Shown here: positions 1-11,700 of the stretch, one piece after another
How the letters are laid out: each line of letters opens with the position of its first letter
Position numbering within the stretch: position 1 is the stretch's first letter
Origin: Andalucia godoyi And28
Lineage: Eukaryota; Protista; Jakobida
Reading direction: 5' to 3'
NCBI GenBank assembly: GCA_009859145.1
Contig: VRVR01000006.1
Location: 183,455-247,454, forward strand
DNA length: 64,000 nt
Position numbers and translations under genes: made by a program
Notes under the pieces: generated by a model
Told to the model about the DNA's origin: nothing
The model's database searches: none
What the model saw: the letters and a program-made list of their open reading frames with translations, nothing else

Positions 1-1014
1 AAGATTCGCCTGCGGACCCACCGAAGAACAGAAGTTGAAACTTCATCAGATGTTCGATCTCTGGGGACGATGCGTATAACAACTGCGTCTTCCTTTACCA
101 GAAACGCAATGTCCCTGCAAGATCCCGAAAGATGGATCGACATGTTTTCCGAACCCCGACTCCAGGCTGACGAAGAACACGAGACGTTGTCCGAAATGCT
201 TCGTCGTGAAACCGCGAGACAAGCATTCCGATCTTCGCAGCTTCAAGGTTCCCAAGAATGGTGGAAAACCTCCCGTCCAATTGTCGGTCGAGGAAGGTGC
301 TGCTTTCTGGTCCACTTTCATTCCCGGAAGCACCATCAAATTGTGGAAACGAGGAAGGAAGGCGGAGCGTGAAATTCGACGGCTACGTGAGAAACCCCAA
401 GGTGGTAGTAGCGGCTCGGTTTTCAATGGCCTGCGCACGTGTTCCATTTCCTATGTCCAAGGACGATGCTTTTCCGATTGTCCCAGTCGCGCGATCCATG
501 GCACCACCCAAGACGAAAACCGGGGACATGATTGTCATCAACAGCTGCGATGGCGGAGGCCGTGTCTTCCAGACTGTTTATGATGGCTGTGGGAATTACA
601 AGGAATATGAGTTCTCCGAGGGCGACCCTTGACGCTGATCAAACCCCAGAAACGCTATCAGAAATTGCAATCGAGACGCGCCACCGAGACGACTCGCATG
701 TCGAAAAACGGCAAGACGGAATGCCCGGCGTAAGATGCGCAACATTTCGCACCGCATTCAGAACATGCAACATGATGGACATGTACACATTGCCAAGGCG
801 GTGTGCCAGAATGCTGATCATATCCTGCTCCCGCCATTGAACACCCAGAAGATGTGCCAGAAACAGAGTGAAGACGTCACAGTGTCCCCACGCGGGATGC
901 ACGTATTCGCAACCTCGTGACCAGCATGGTGCGAGAAACGTTGCGATCTTGGGTGTGGAATGTATTGGCATTGGAGTCTGCCAGCATCCAAGCCCCTTTT
1001 CATCCTCCTCGTAA
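1..1014 (+). mobile_element. Decayed Fanzor (TnpB-family RNA-guided endonuclease) pseudogene; anything upstream lies outside the window
   Basis: Motifs read across frameshifts, in the expected order. KIRLR (1-15, frame 1) plus one extra nt, then PTEEQKLKLHQMFD (17-58, frame 2) and YNNCV (75-89, frame 3) give the TnpB N-terminal 'KIRLYPT.EQ...L...F...R..YN' motif. IVINSCDGGGRVFQTVYDGCG is RuvC-I-like (Asp at 549-551). RIQNMQHDGHVHIAKAVCQNADHILLP (about 753-833) is the bridge helix with the Fanzor-type 'LLP' RuvC-II strand. CPHAGC...RDQHGARNVAI (883-948) is a Zn-finger half plus RuvC-III (Asp at 919-921). Stop at 1012-1014. Confidence 0.88.
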
Positions 1015-1230
1015 TAAGGGGGAGGTGTTTGCGTGGGACTGAAAACACCCGACAACACACTTGTTATGGGAAGCCCTGAACCATTTTCAAGGAAAAGGGA
1101 GCAGCTTCGCCATAACGTCCAGTTGGCGATTTTGAGACTCCAATTGGACCTCCGGTTTCCATGCGCAGTTTTGAAACTCGCTATCGTTGTTGATCAGTGT
1201 TAACCAAGCGGCACACCGTTTTGCGCATGA
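1015..1230 (+). ncRNA. Candidate Fanzor omega-RNA scaffold / element right end
   Basis: Lies directly 3' of the Fanzor stop. Stems found by eye: GGTGTTT 1024-1030 / AAACACC 1043-1049; GTCCAGTTGG 1117-1126 / CCAATTGGAC 1140-1149 (one G-U); CATGCGCAG 1160-1168 / TTGCGCATG 1221-1229 (one G-U). The position is where TnpB/Fanzor guide RNAs are encoded. Boundaries are unknown. Confidence 0.4.
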
Positions 1231-1642
1231 ACAGCAAATAAACAACATCATCCCGGAAGTTGCTTATCTCACCCAATGGGGACGCGATTTCCTTACCGTC
1301 GTCACGTCCAGAATTTCTTCATTCTTCACGTTTTTTCTGTTTGTTTTATATAATCGAACCCTCAAGCACCACCTTTCATCAGAGACAAAACATCTCGTCC
1401 TCAGTTAAAGAAGCAAAACAAAACACGTGGCTTTGGATCTGTCTTCGGTGACAGCTTACCGATAATAATCAGTAACGATTCATGATTTGGCGAGCGGACG
1501 AGCGGCACCTGTTTCCAAGAAGAAGCGGCAACAGAACGAGACTTCGATGCGGCGATGATGAAGAGAGCGCGGAACGCAGATTTAAATTTTAAAAAACCCC
1601 ACCGAGGTCTTTAATTTGCATCTTACACTGGTGCGGAACACA

Positions 1643-2791
1643 TTAATTACTGCTGGTAGAAGCAGCAGAGTTCAAAAGGGATACTTGATTGGCCTGCACG
1701 ATCGCGTCGATCATTGCATCCCAGAACATCTCGACATCCATGCTCTCGCACACGACAACATTGCCAAGCGGACTCCAGTCAAGAGCCATGTGCCCTGCCC
1801 AGTTTGACTCGGAACAGTCAACTATGATATTTGACCGCCGAGTCTGAAACGCTGCTGGATTCAAGACGTAAAAGACGGCGCATGGATCGTGCAAGGGAGG
1901 GTCTTCAAAGTGAAACACAGTTCGGTATGTGTCTGCAAAGAAAAGGAGAAGCGACACGATTAGCTTTGCGAACGGAGTCCCAAGAGACTCAATCCGGTTG
2001 AGAATAGACCGTGTAACCAACGCTGTGTGTGTGACTTGTAAAGGAACCATGACAACTCTCTCACACGCGTTCTGTTCGCGCCGCCGGAATCCAACGACAG
2101 TATCGCACGCTTCCGGGTCCACTTGGATATTAAACTCTGCATATGGTGAAGTGTTCCCCTTGCCATCTGTGGATCCACCCATAAACACAATCTTTTCCAG
2201 ATTAGGAATCTCCGCTCCGTACTTCTTAAGCAAGCGTGCGACATTCGTCTGTGCACCCGTCGCAATCAACACACACGGCTCATTCATCTGGCAAAACTCG
2301 TTGTACAACGCATCCTCTATGCACAGCCCACCTTCCTCTGCAGCACCCATTCGATTTTCTTGCTCCGATTCTACATTTACGTTCCCGGCCGCATTGGCAT
2401 TCCCGCTCACATTGGCATTGGATGGATGGGCGGGAATGGGGTTTGTTGCATCCGACGAATGCTTTCTGGTTCGTTGCGAGTGAATAAACGTTGGGCAGAG
2501 GTTGTGCGACAGAAAATCGTAGCCATCCAGTCCTGATTCTCCGTGAATTTCAGGACAAATCATCGGTGGTCTTCGAAGTGGGTCTGAGCATCCTTGAAGC
2601 ACCGGAATATCCGTTCTGTTCGCTACAGCCAACATATTGAATGCATTCGCCGTTACTTTTTCAATCGACTGATTTCCCGCAACAGTCGAAATTCCGCACA
2701 AGCGAAGCCCAGGACTGAACAAACACAGAATAATGGCCATTGCATCATCATGACCAGGATCACAGTCTAGCCATACTCGCGTTCGTTGCAT
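1643..2791 (-). CDS. Inosine-uridine preferring nucleoside hydrolase
   Basis: N-terminal DCDPGHDDAMA Ca-binding motif, AEFNIQVDPEA, and PLHDP. Carries a low-complexity insert (SNANVSGNANAAGN) mid-protein. Confidence 0.95.
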   Translation of the reverse strand: MQRTRVWLDCDPGHDDAMAIILCLFSPGLRLCGISTVAGNQSIEKVTANAFNMLAVANRTDIPVLQGCSDPLRRPPMICPEIHGESGLDGYDFLSHNLCPTFIHSQRTRKHSSDATNPIPAHPSNANVSGNANAAGNVNVESEQENRMGAAEEGGLCIEDALYNEFCQMNEPCVLIATGAQTNVARLLKKYGAEIPNLEKIVFMGGSTDGKGNTSPYAEFNIQVDPEACDTVVGFRRREQNACERVVMVPLQVTHTALVTRSILNRIESLGTPFAKLIVSLLLFFADTYRTVFHFEDPPLHDPCAVFYVLNPAAFQTRRSNIIVDCSESNWAGHMALDWSPLGNVVVCESMDVEMFWDAMIDAIVQANQVSLLNSAASTSSN

Positions 2792-3247
2792 TTTCTATTC
2801 CTCCTTTCTATTTTCCCCTTACCTTTCCTTTTCCTCTTTTAATAATATATATATATATGTATAAATATATTTGACTGTTGATGTTGCTCTGTTTTAAATA
2901 TCCTATTCGCTATACCTCAAAAATAATAATATTAATAATAATTCATTCTCATAGAGCTCTTCCCCTTTGTTTCGCGGATCTTCTTCACTGGTTTTTTTTG
3001 TGGTTGTTGCTGTTGTTGTTGTTGCTTTGCGATTCAGTATCTGTTCCGTTGATGAGGTGTCGTCAGCACGAAGTTGACATGTGTCGACAGCGTCAGTGTT
3101 CATACAGCTTCTCTACAGTGGGTGAGGGGGTTTCCGCTCGTCGGTGGCTTTGCATTTTGGCTTCCTTTCCGTTTGCGTAGTAGTTGTTGGTGACTTGTGA
3201 CTGGTAAGCAGTAAGAAGGAAGCGGACGACGGGTCGAGGTTGAATTT

Positions 3248-4087
3248 ATGGGTAAAGAAAAGAAGAAAGAAAAGCAGCGGGCGAGTTCTGGGCATCGCCG
3301 CCGGAAGATAAAGGCCGTCGATCCGTTTGCACGGCCGTCTGACAAGGCAAATACGGATCAGCATATTCGACCTGGGAAGCGCGAAAGACCGTTCAACAAG
3401 GCTCCGTCTTCCACAGATCTGGATGTCGTGTTTGAGAACAAGGAGCTTATGGAGGGAAAGGAGACGGAGAAGAAGGAACGGAAGCTTAGTCGGAAACGGC
3501 CAATCGCACCAGACGGTCATGAAATCACGCCCGAGGAAGTCGAGAGAATGGACTCCACAAAGAAGCGTCGCCGATTGGATGGGTCGCTCATGCCGACGCG
3601 TGTGGATGCAGATGGTAACGAAGTGGAGAATGATGGTAATGATGCGGCAGCGGCAGAAAGAGGGATGAAGCTGGAAGGCATGAAGAAAGGAGAGACGTGG
3701 AACGACTTCAACTCTCGGATGCGAAAGGAGTCGCACGAGCTTGTCGTGAACCAGATTCGGGCAAGGAAGGGCGTGTCTGCACGCCGCAAGGAGTATCTCA
3801 GAACAAAGATGGAAAAGGAAAGGGAGAAGGAGGACAGAAGAACGGTTCTGCTGGGAGAGAAGCTGCAAGGAAGAGCGGATCTCCGACGAGAAGTCAAATT
3901 TGGAGAGCAAGTCAAGGAACCGCCAAATATCACGGTTCTTCCGAGAGGCGCTAACAAGATCGACAAGATCAAAACTGCCGAGCATCCCTTGCGATCTTCA
4001 GTTATCGATAATTGGAGAAAACTCAAAGCACAGCGAATCGCCAATGCTTCCAATGCTGCTCAGTCCTCTTCGTCGGCTACTTCATGA
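3248..4087 (+). CDS. Basic K/R/E-rich nuclear protein, CCDC137-like (tentative)
   Basis: ATG ORF of 279 aa with charged composition. KIKAVDPF near the N-terminus and VKFGEQVKEPP near the C-terminus resemble CCDC137-family motifs as I recall them. Confidence 0.6.
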   Translation: MGKEKKKEKQRASSGHRRRKIKAVDPFARPSDKANTDQHIRPGKRERPFNKAPSSTDLDVVFENKELMEGKETEKKERKLSRKRPIAPDGHEITPEEVERMDSTKKRRRLDGSLMPTRVDADGNEVENDGNDAAAAERGMKLEGMKKGETWNDFNSRMRKESHELVVNQIRARKGVSARRKEYLRTKMEKEREKEDRRTVLLGEKLQGRADLRREVKFGEQVKEPPNITVLPRGANKIDKIKTAEHPLRSSVIDNWRKLKAQRIANASNAAQSSSSATS

Positions 4088-4782
4088 ATCATGAAGTGAT
4101 TTGATGGAGGAGACGGCTGATCAGGATTCAAAAACGCGCTCCGTTCGGTTTTCCCGCTTTCCTTCCTTCCTTCCTGTTTTTTCTCACTATTCCTAGAACT
4201 TGAACAGTAGCTGTTTACCCTCCAACCCAAACCTCTCCACGCACTTGGCTCGCATGCTGCGCCTCAGACAGACTTTGTGGCGTAAAAAGTGACTTTTACA
4301 ATCCGCATCAGCGCCCATCATCAATTACAAGGAATCGGTTGTGAATATTCGACAGTGTCTCTCATTGGGCCTCGACCTGCGCATCTTTCAGCCATACTAT
4401 CCGATGATGTTCACAGCCGTCCACCAAACGTTTGGTTTGGAGGGCGTTAAAAAACCTTGTTGTACATCGATCGTACCACCGAAACGACAACCGCGTTCTC
4501 TGCATCGCACGCTACCAGTGACCACTCCTTCGTCCCGCACTCCTTCCGCGAAACATTTTTACTCCCTTTGTCTTTCTTTTCCTGCCCGCGTACAATGTCC
4601 ATTTCGTTTTTCATCAAGTATATATGTGGGGCACGGATTCATTGACTTGGTCATTGCTGATCCCTTTTTGGTAATAACACGTTTCACATTTTGGATCTCC
4701 AAAGCTATACGAGAAAGTTGTCGTTGTCTCTCGGCAAGCTTTGTTTGGATTGGCTCCTTTCACCAGACGACGGATTTTTCTG

Positions 4783-5370
4783 ATGACGACGATCCGAAAG
4801 TGTCTTGTAGGATTGGGAAATGTCGGATTGGAGTTTGCGGGCACACGTCACAACATTGGGTTTCAAGTTGTTGACGATTTTGTCGCGTCTCGCCGTCCGG
4901 TGCTCTCCTTCCGACCTATGAAGCATTTACATGGAGACGTTTGCTTGTTTGATGACGCAATAGTTGTGAAGCCATCGACGTTTATGAACATGTCTGGAGA
5001 CTGTGTTCGAACGGTGCTGGAGTACTACAAGATTCCAATGGACCATCTTCTTGTTGTCTGTGATGATGTGGAGCTTCCTCTCGGCAAACTGCGTCTTCGT
5101 GGAAAGGGCTCGCATGGAGGACAGAACGGGCTTCGGTCGATCCAGCAGCGGCTTGGAACCGTTCAGTATGCTCGGTTGAAAGTCGGTATTGGGCGTCCGG
5201 AGGACAGAACTGCAGAATTGGGAAACTATGTCCTCGGGAGATTTAGCAACCAGGACAGCCGCTGCGTGCCGTTCGTCGCTCATGCCGGTGCTGCAGTCTG
5301 TGAGGCTTGGATCTCGAAGGGGGTCGAAGAAGCAGCTCGAATGGCCTCGGAATATAAACTGCCGTCTTGA
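4783..5370 (+). CDS. pth: Peptidyl-tRNA hydrolase, bacterial/organellar Pth1 type
   Basis: CLVGLGN, GTRHNIGF, KPSTFMNMSG, VVCDDVELPLG, GSHGGQNGL, RLKVGIGRP and YVLGRF. First in-frame ATG is 4783; the track start at 4741 is TTG. Confidence 0.95.
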   Translation: MTTIRKCLVGLGNVGLEFAGTRHNIGFQVVDDFVASRRPVLSFRPMKHLHGDVCLFDDAIVVKPSTFMNMSGDCVRTVLEYYKIPMDHLLVVCDDVELPLGKLRLRGKGSHGGQNGLRSIQQRLGTVQYARLKVGIGRPEDRTAELGNYVLGRFSNQDSRCVPFVAHAGAAVCEAWISKGVEEAARMASEYKLPS

Positions 5371-5777
5371 CCGCCTGTCGTAGAGAGCGCCTCCAATTAT
5401 CCTTTTGGTCCGGAGAGATGCTCCAAAGACTGATATTCTTGTGAGCCTACGACAGGTGTCTTCCGGAAAGGAAATGCTTTGGTCGGGAAGCTCAGGCACT
5501 TGCATCCTTCGTCTTTTGCAAAGTCGCAAAGTTGTTTTTTAAATTTAAATTAATTGAATCAAGCTATAGAACACATTACGACAATCAAACTAAAAAATAT
5601 AAGACAGAGATTTATACAAGGGAAAGGGAAAAAAAAAAAATAAGGAAAGAAAGAAAGTGAACAGAAACTTTTTTCAAAGGTTTGTGCCGCAGTTGTGTAC
5701 ATATTCTTTCGGCACACTCACCGACTGCCCCCAACCCCACCCCCACCCCCGCATAATTGCTTCTGACACAAGGACAC

Positions 5778-8700
5778 ATGCTGACGACCACACCGTTCGC
5801 ACGCCGGATTCTATCCAAAGAGTCAGTATCCGGCTTGTATGAATCCGTTCCGACAAAGTCGGGGCTCAGAGTGTCCTTACACTCTGGAAACAGTCCATAT
5901 GCTGGTTCAAACAGTCTCCAAAACTCGTCTAATTCGCTTCTTCGCTCAGGCAGTGATGCGTCAAGCCTCGCTCTTACGGGTCACTCGTCGATGTTGATGA
6001 TGAGCGGCATGTCGGACCTCGGTGCAAATTCCTCTACTCTCGACGTGAAAACGGACCTGCACCGACACGCTGCACAGAACGACGTCGAGGCAATTCGAAG
6101 GTATCTAAATACCAATCCAGTGGCTGTTGTGGATTCAAGGTCTTCGTCGAAGTTGTGGACACCGCTTCACGAAGCAGCCCTTCGAGGATGCTTGGACGCC
6201 ATCAGAGTGCTGGTGTTGGAACACAACGCAGACGTCAATGCCGAGACGAAATCGGGATCGACAGCACTCCATCTTGCTGCGAGAAAAGGACATGTTGCCG
6301 CTGTTCGGCTGCTGGTTTCTCTCGGTGCAAACGTGCGGTCACGAGATGCGAATGGAGAAACAGCTGTCCACTGGGCGTGTGCTCTTGGGTTGCCCAAAGT
6401 TCTCGTTTCATTTGCTGAGAAAGACATTTCCCTGCCGTCGCTTCTGTGGGAGTCCGGCTGTCCTGTTGACAACTCGGGAAAGTCTGCGCTTCATCGAGCA
6501 ACCACGGAGATTTGGGATTCCATCATTTCTCACCCGAAAGCGAGAATGGAAGTAGACCTCACCTCCGTACGTGACACAAGCGGCTGGACCCCGTTCCACG
6601 ACGCAGCAGCTGCTGGAGACCACCAGCTTGTGGCGAGAATGCTGCACCATGCACGTCTGTCAACGCACAGCATGCCTGCGGCCGGTCTGAAGCATCTGGT
6701 ATTGCATCAGACATCAACATCTAAGGGAAATGCTATGCATTTAGCATGCCGTGGCGGACACATCGCTGTCATCAAGCTGCTGCTCGATGCATCTCAGATG
6801 GCCGATCCGCACCGACTGTCCTGCTTAGAAGAGATTGTATTCGCCAGAGACTCCTCTTTGGAAACCCCGCTGCACTGGGCAGTTGTCTCCAAGAATCGCG
6901 ATGTCGTCTCGGTGATCTTGAGTGTCGTAAGAAAACTGTCGGATGCTCCAGGAAAGATGTCACTGCAAAGCCTGGTCAACCAACGAAATGAAGCCGGGTT
7001 GTCTGCAGTCCACCTGGCAGCGCGATACGGGTTTGCAGATGTGTTGACAATGTTGATCTCACATGATAAGTCCAAAGAGACGCTCGACGCGAAAGAATCG
7101 CATTCTCTTTGGACAGCGCTGCATGACGCCGCTGCACACGGACACGATGCTTGCATTCAGGTGCTCATCAATGCCGGCTCAATGGTTCAAGCGCGAGATA
7201 TTTTGGGGAAGACTCCGCTACACTACGCGTCATCCTCTGGCGTCGAAAGCGTTCGCTCGATACTCGAGACCAAATCCGGCTTGGAATGTCTGTGGCATCC
7301 CTCGTCGGATACTGGATGGCTTCCACTGCACGAAGCATGTGCGAAGGGAAAATCGGAAGTATGCCAGCTTCTCTGTCGAAAAATGTACGACTCTCTGTCC
7401 AAGAAGGCGTCTTCGCCCAAAGAAATTCTTTTCTCTATCTTGCTGGCTACCACGAAAAGGAAATCAACGCCCCTGCATCTCGCATCCCGCTGCAGTGACT
7501 CTGAAAACGGCTCGGGCCAAAAGACTGTGCAGGCATTGTTGTACTTCGCTCGATCAGCATCAGCGGACTTGGACTGCAAGAAATTTGCAGACGCCAAAGA
7601 TGAGTGGCTGGAAACGCCGCTTCACTGGGCCGCTTATGCAGGTCAAGAAGAATGTTGCACTTTACTTTTGGAGTACGGTGCGTCAGTTCACGCGACCTCC
7701 AAGACTGAAGCCACTCCGATACATCTAGCAGCTCGGTACGGTCATCTGCAGTGTCTCAGAGCCCTCGTAGACGAAGGCAAGCACGAAGTGCTGTGGACTC
7801 TTCTGGGTGAAGAAAACAAAACTCCCCTGGATGAAGCCGCGGCTTCCGGAAGCACCATCATCATTGATTGGTTTCTGTCTGCCGAGGGCACTGTTCGCTT
7901 GCCCCGCACGGCAAGAAAACTCCCAGGACACTGGGCTGCCATGAACGACCAGCAGGATATCATCCATCTGGTACTGCAGATGTTTCCCAGACCATCTTCC
8001 AGAAGAAGAGTTTCATTCTTTGAAATACAAGAGGACGACAAAGTCGAAAGTCCGCCTGACAATCTCAGTTTGTGGGATCTTGACCATCCGGATGAAGACG
8101 GATGGACACCACTGCACCATGCTGCGGCACGGGGGCATTTTCGGAGTTGTGCAATGCTACTGTTCCGAAAAGATCTGGGAAATGCCGTGGACGTGCAAGA
8201 AGCAGCCGCGCTTTTTCCATCGGCTGCTGTGCGGCAGGCTGTTCTTTCATCCCTTTCGGAAGCAGATCTGCATGACCGATACACCATGCATGCGAGCACC
8301 GCATCCAGATCGCCCTTACACCTTGCGATGCGATCCGGTTCCTCAAAGGTGATGGACATTCTCTTGCTGTATGGGTGCGTGAAAGGTACGATGAACGATC
8401 TCCTGCTGCTTCCCGACGAAGACGGATGGACCCCGATTCACTGGATGTTCTTCGAAGGTAACTTTGAACTGCTGAGCCATCTGCATGCTGTGTGGAAAGC
8501 GTTTGACAGTCCAGAATTGTTGTTAACGCGAGACCTGGAAGGATTTACTCCCTATCTAAGAAGCGTCTCTGCAGGGAAAGGCGCATTTCTGGAAAGCCTG
8601 AGAAGCCTGAAAATAGCCGAGATACCAGAGGCAGAACTGATCCAAGAAAGTGCTGATCTTGAAGGCTGGACGGTTGCTCATGTTGCTGCATTCTTCGGAC

Positions 8701-11700
8701 ACCATTCGCTGTTCCAGCTGTGGAAGACAAGAGTAATTGCAGATCGGACTGCAAAGGGGTCAAGCTGTCTCCATATTTCATGCAGAAAATCGTATCCACA
8801 GTGCGTGTCTGAAATATGCAATCTCTGCTCAACGGCAGACACGTTTGAAGACGTCTTGTGCAGCAGTGACGAATGGGGGATGACTCCGCTGCATTGGTGC
8901 GCACTTCAAACGTCAAAAGATGGGCTGGCATGCTTAGCAACTGTCATGAAGAACATTCTTCACTATGAAACGTTCCGTGCGTTGAACTGCGAAGATGCAA
9001 GTGCGTCTACTGCCCTTCATCTCGCTGCGTTTGCCGGCAATGCGTTTTTCATCGGAGCATTTTTGCTTTTGGCAGTTTCTGTCCGGAAGACTTCAATGAC
9101 CCCTAAAGTGAGGGCGAAGATCGTAGAGTCAATGATCGCGCAAACAACCAGGAGGATGCAAAACACGGTGCATCTTGCTTGCGGCTCGGGTCATGTGGAC
9201 TCGGTAGCGTTGCTTTTAGGGTTCAGCAGAATTGTAGAGCATCTGGACTCTGCTGCATTGGTTGCATCGCTGCTGGATGACGCATGTGTCGGCCCCACGA
9301 TGCAGGGTCTCTTAAAAGAGGTAGAAAATCACATCACGAGCCTTTCTCCAATAGGAGATGTTTCTGATCAAGACGGACAGCATCCGGCCCACTACGCCTG
9401 CAAAGAAGGAAGTGACGGATGTCTCCAGATACTGCTGTCGTGCGGATATAATGCTTTGCAAGCTGACAAAAGCGGCTCCCTTCCAGTTTCGTATGCTGCC
9501 AGAAAGGGAAGTGTGCGCTGCATGGCTCTCATTTTCAATCTCGAACCAAAGTGCGCCTCGTTTGTCAGTCACAGCGGCACATCGGTTCTGGATGATGCAG
9601 TAGCATCCGGAAGTTTTCTTGCAGTCCAAATGGTTTTGCAGCATCTTGACAAAAATAGTCTGCATCACCGTTCCATAGTGATCGCAGCACTTGCCAACAT
9701 GTCACGAACTAGTGACCATGCGAATCTGATTCAAACTGTTGATACTGGGCTCCGCTTCCTCGGGGAAGTGTCGGAAGCTGAGAGGTGTGCGCTGGCCAGA
9801 TCACTGATTCCACATGTATGGAAAGCATCTGTTTGCGCAGAGCCATATCAGGACGCTGCTCTTCTCTCAGAGATCGTGCACCTAGCAGCAGACCACGAGG
9901 AGCTTTGGATGTATTTGCAGGCGTTGCTTCAGAAACAGTCAAAGACGCAGCTGTCGCAGATTGACTTTGTGCCTGTTTTGATGGAATACATGGAGAGAGG
10001 GCTCGTCGATCTTGTCTCACTTCTGATGTCTCTGCTGACCGAAAAGCACTGTTTCAGCACGCTGCAGATCGAGAATCTACTGGTAAGCGCTGTTACGGCT
10101 GACCAAGCAATCATCGCGGATTCTCTTCTGAAGGCCAAATGGGAGCTTTGCGATCGGGATCAAAACTGCTTGGCGAACACGGCGTGCGCTCTCCACTTTG
10201 TCAGATCCTTGAGCTGCTGCAAGCTGTTGGTAGAAAAGTACGGATTCGACGCGGATCATCAAGACGGTAAGGGAAATTGTCCTTTTCATACCGTTTGCAG
10301 TGTCGAGTGTCTGGAATTTCTGTCGTGGCACTCTGAAACCCCAAACTGGGTGACCGTGAGAAACACCGATACCAACACGCCGCTGATGATGCACCTGCAG
10401 CATTTGATGTCGAAAAACGCGTCTGCACATGAATGCGAAGTCTGTGCTTTCATCGTCACCAAGACCCCCGAAAATGCGATTGCTGCTCTGTGGTCTGACA
10501 TGATCCGAATGCACGACAGAAGTGCAATCGTCACGAGGATTCCCCATTCTTTAGTCCTTGAGATCATTCAACGGAATCCGAAAGCGACTGTCGAGTCTTT
10601 TCTTCTTGCTTCTCTTGATTACAACACACGCCTTGCTGGAGAAATTATGGAGAATTTTCTCGAGTTCTGCGGTCAGCCGCTCGAAGCGAACACGGATAGC
10701 GTTCACAAGCTGTCTTCTCCAACTCTCATCGAGCACTCCATAGCTGCTCTGAAGCTGCAAAACGTGCAGTGGATGTCGCTTTTCCGATCGAAGCACAGCG
10801 GTTCGGGGCTGTCGCCCGTGCAGTCGTATTCCAAAAACAACTGGAAAGAATCGGCCGTGTACTTGCTCAAGATTCTGCTGGAGAATGCCAACAGATTAGA
10901 AGAAAAAGAAAAAGAAAAAGAAAAAGAAGAAGAAAAGGATGAGGATAAGGATGCAGAAGAGACGGAGGAGATTCTGGACTGCGCTTTCTTCTTGTGCCGC
11001 CATTCCTTCAGCGAATGGCTGTTGAGCATCCTGAAGAACGCCCCCCTGCTGTCCGACCCGACTCGACAAGCTCAGATCCTTCTCAACTGTGCGTTTTCCG
11101 GAGAAGAGCCTCTCCGACTTGCTTCCCGATCGTTTCCCCTTCTGATTCAGGACGTCGATTATTCCCTGTTGTGTCCGGATGCTACGTTCAATGTCGCGCT
11201 GCTTTTTCACCGACTGTTCTGTCAAACGCTTCCCAAGTCTGAGCTGCTAGCAAAGGAAGTGTGCGCCCTTATCAACCATTCCTGTCGAACAAACTGTGTG
11301 GATTTTTCTTGCAGCGAAATCGGCGTCGTTGTAGAATCAGATCTCATCCCGGCTCTCAGACAGACCGATTCTTCTCCGCAGCTCGATTCGATGATTGCGC
11401 AGGCATGCTGCTCACTGCTGGAAAGGAATCTTCCGGAGTTGGTTGGAAAACTGATTACATCCTATCCCAGTTTGCTCGCTTGCAAATCGCCGTCCGTTGT
11501 TCAAAAGGCATTACTGTCACCCAATTGCGAGGAGCTAATCGCGCAAATTGAGCGTTTTCGCTCTGACCTGGGACAACTTCTGCAGCAGCAAAACGATACA
11601 GAAGAGGGTGCGTCGTCCTCTCACGCAAATCAAACTATTGACAGTACTACAGAGTCCCTCGCATCTCCACTTCATTTGGCCGTGTGCAAGAACGACGCTG

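Noticed and set aside
46-1058. Track ORFs 46-447 (-), 70-372 (+), 532-840 (+) and 639-1058 (-) as independent genes
   Set aside because: They are shadows or partial frames of the frameshifted Fanzor relic; none has its own family motif.
4560-4625. FVFLFLPAYNVHF (+) resembles the pogo/Tc1 'LFLP...H..QPLD' motif
   Set aside because: No QPLD/NPIE follows, no other DDE motifs or terminal inverted repeats are present, and the stretch is pyrimidine-rich UTR-like sequence.
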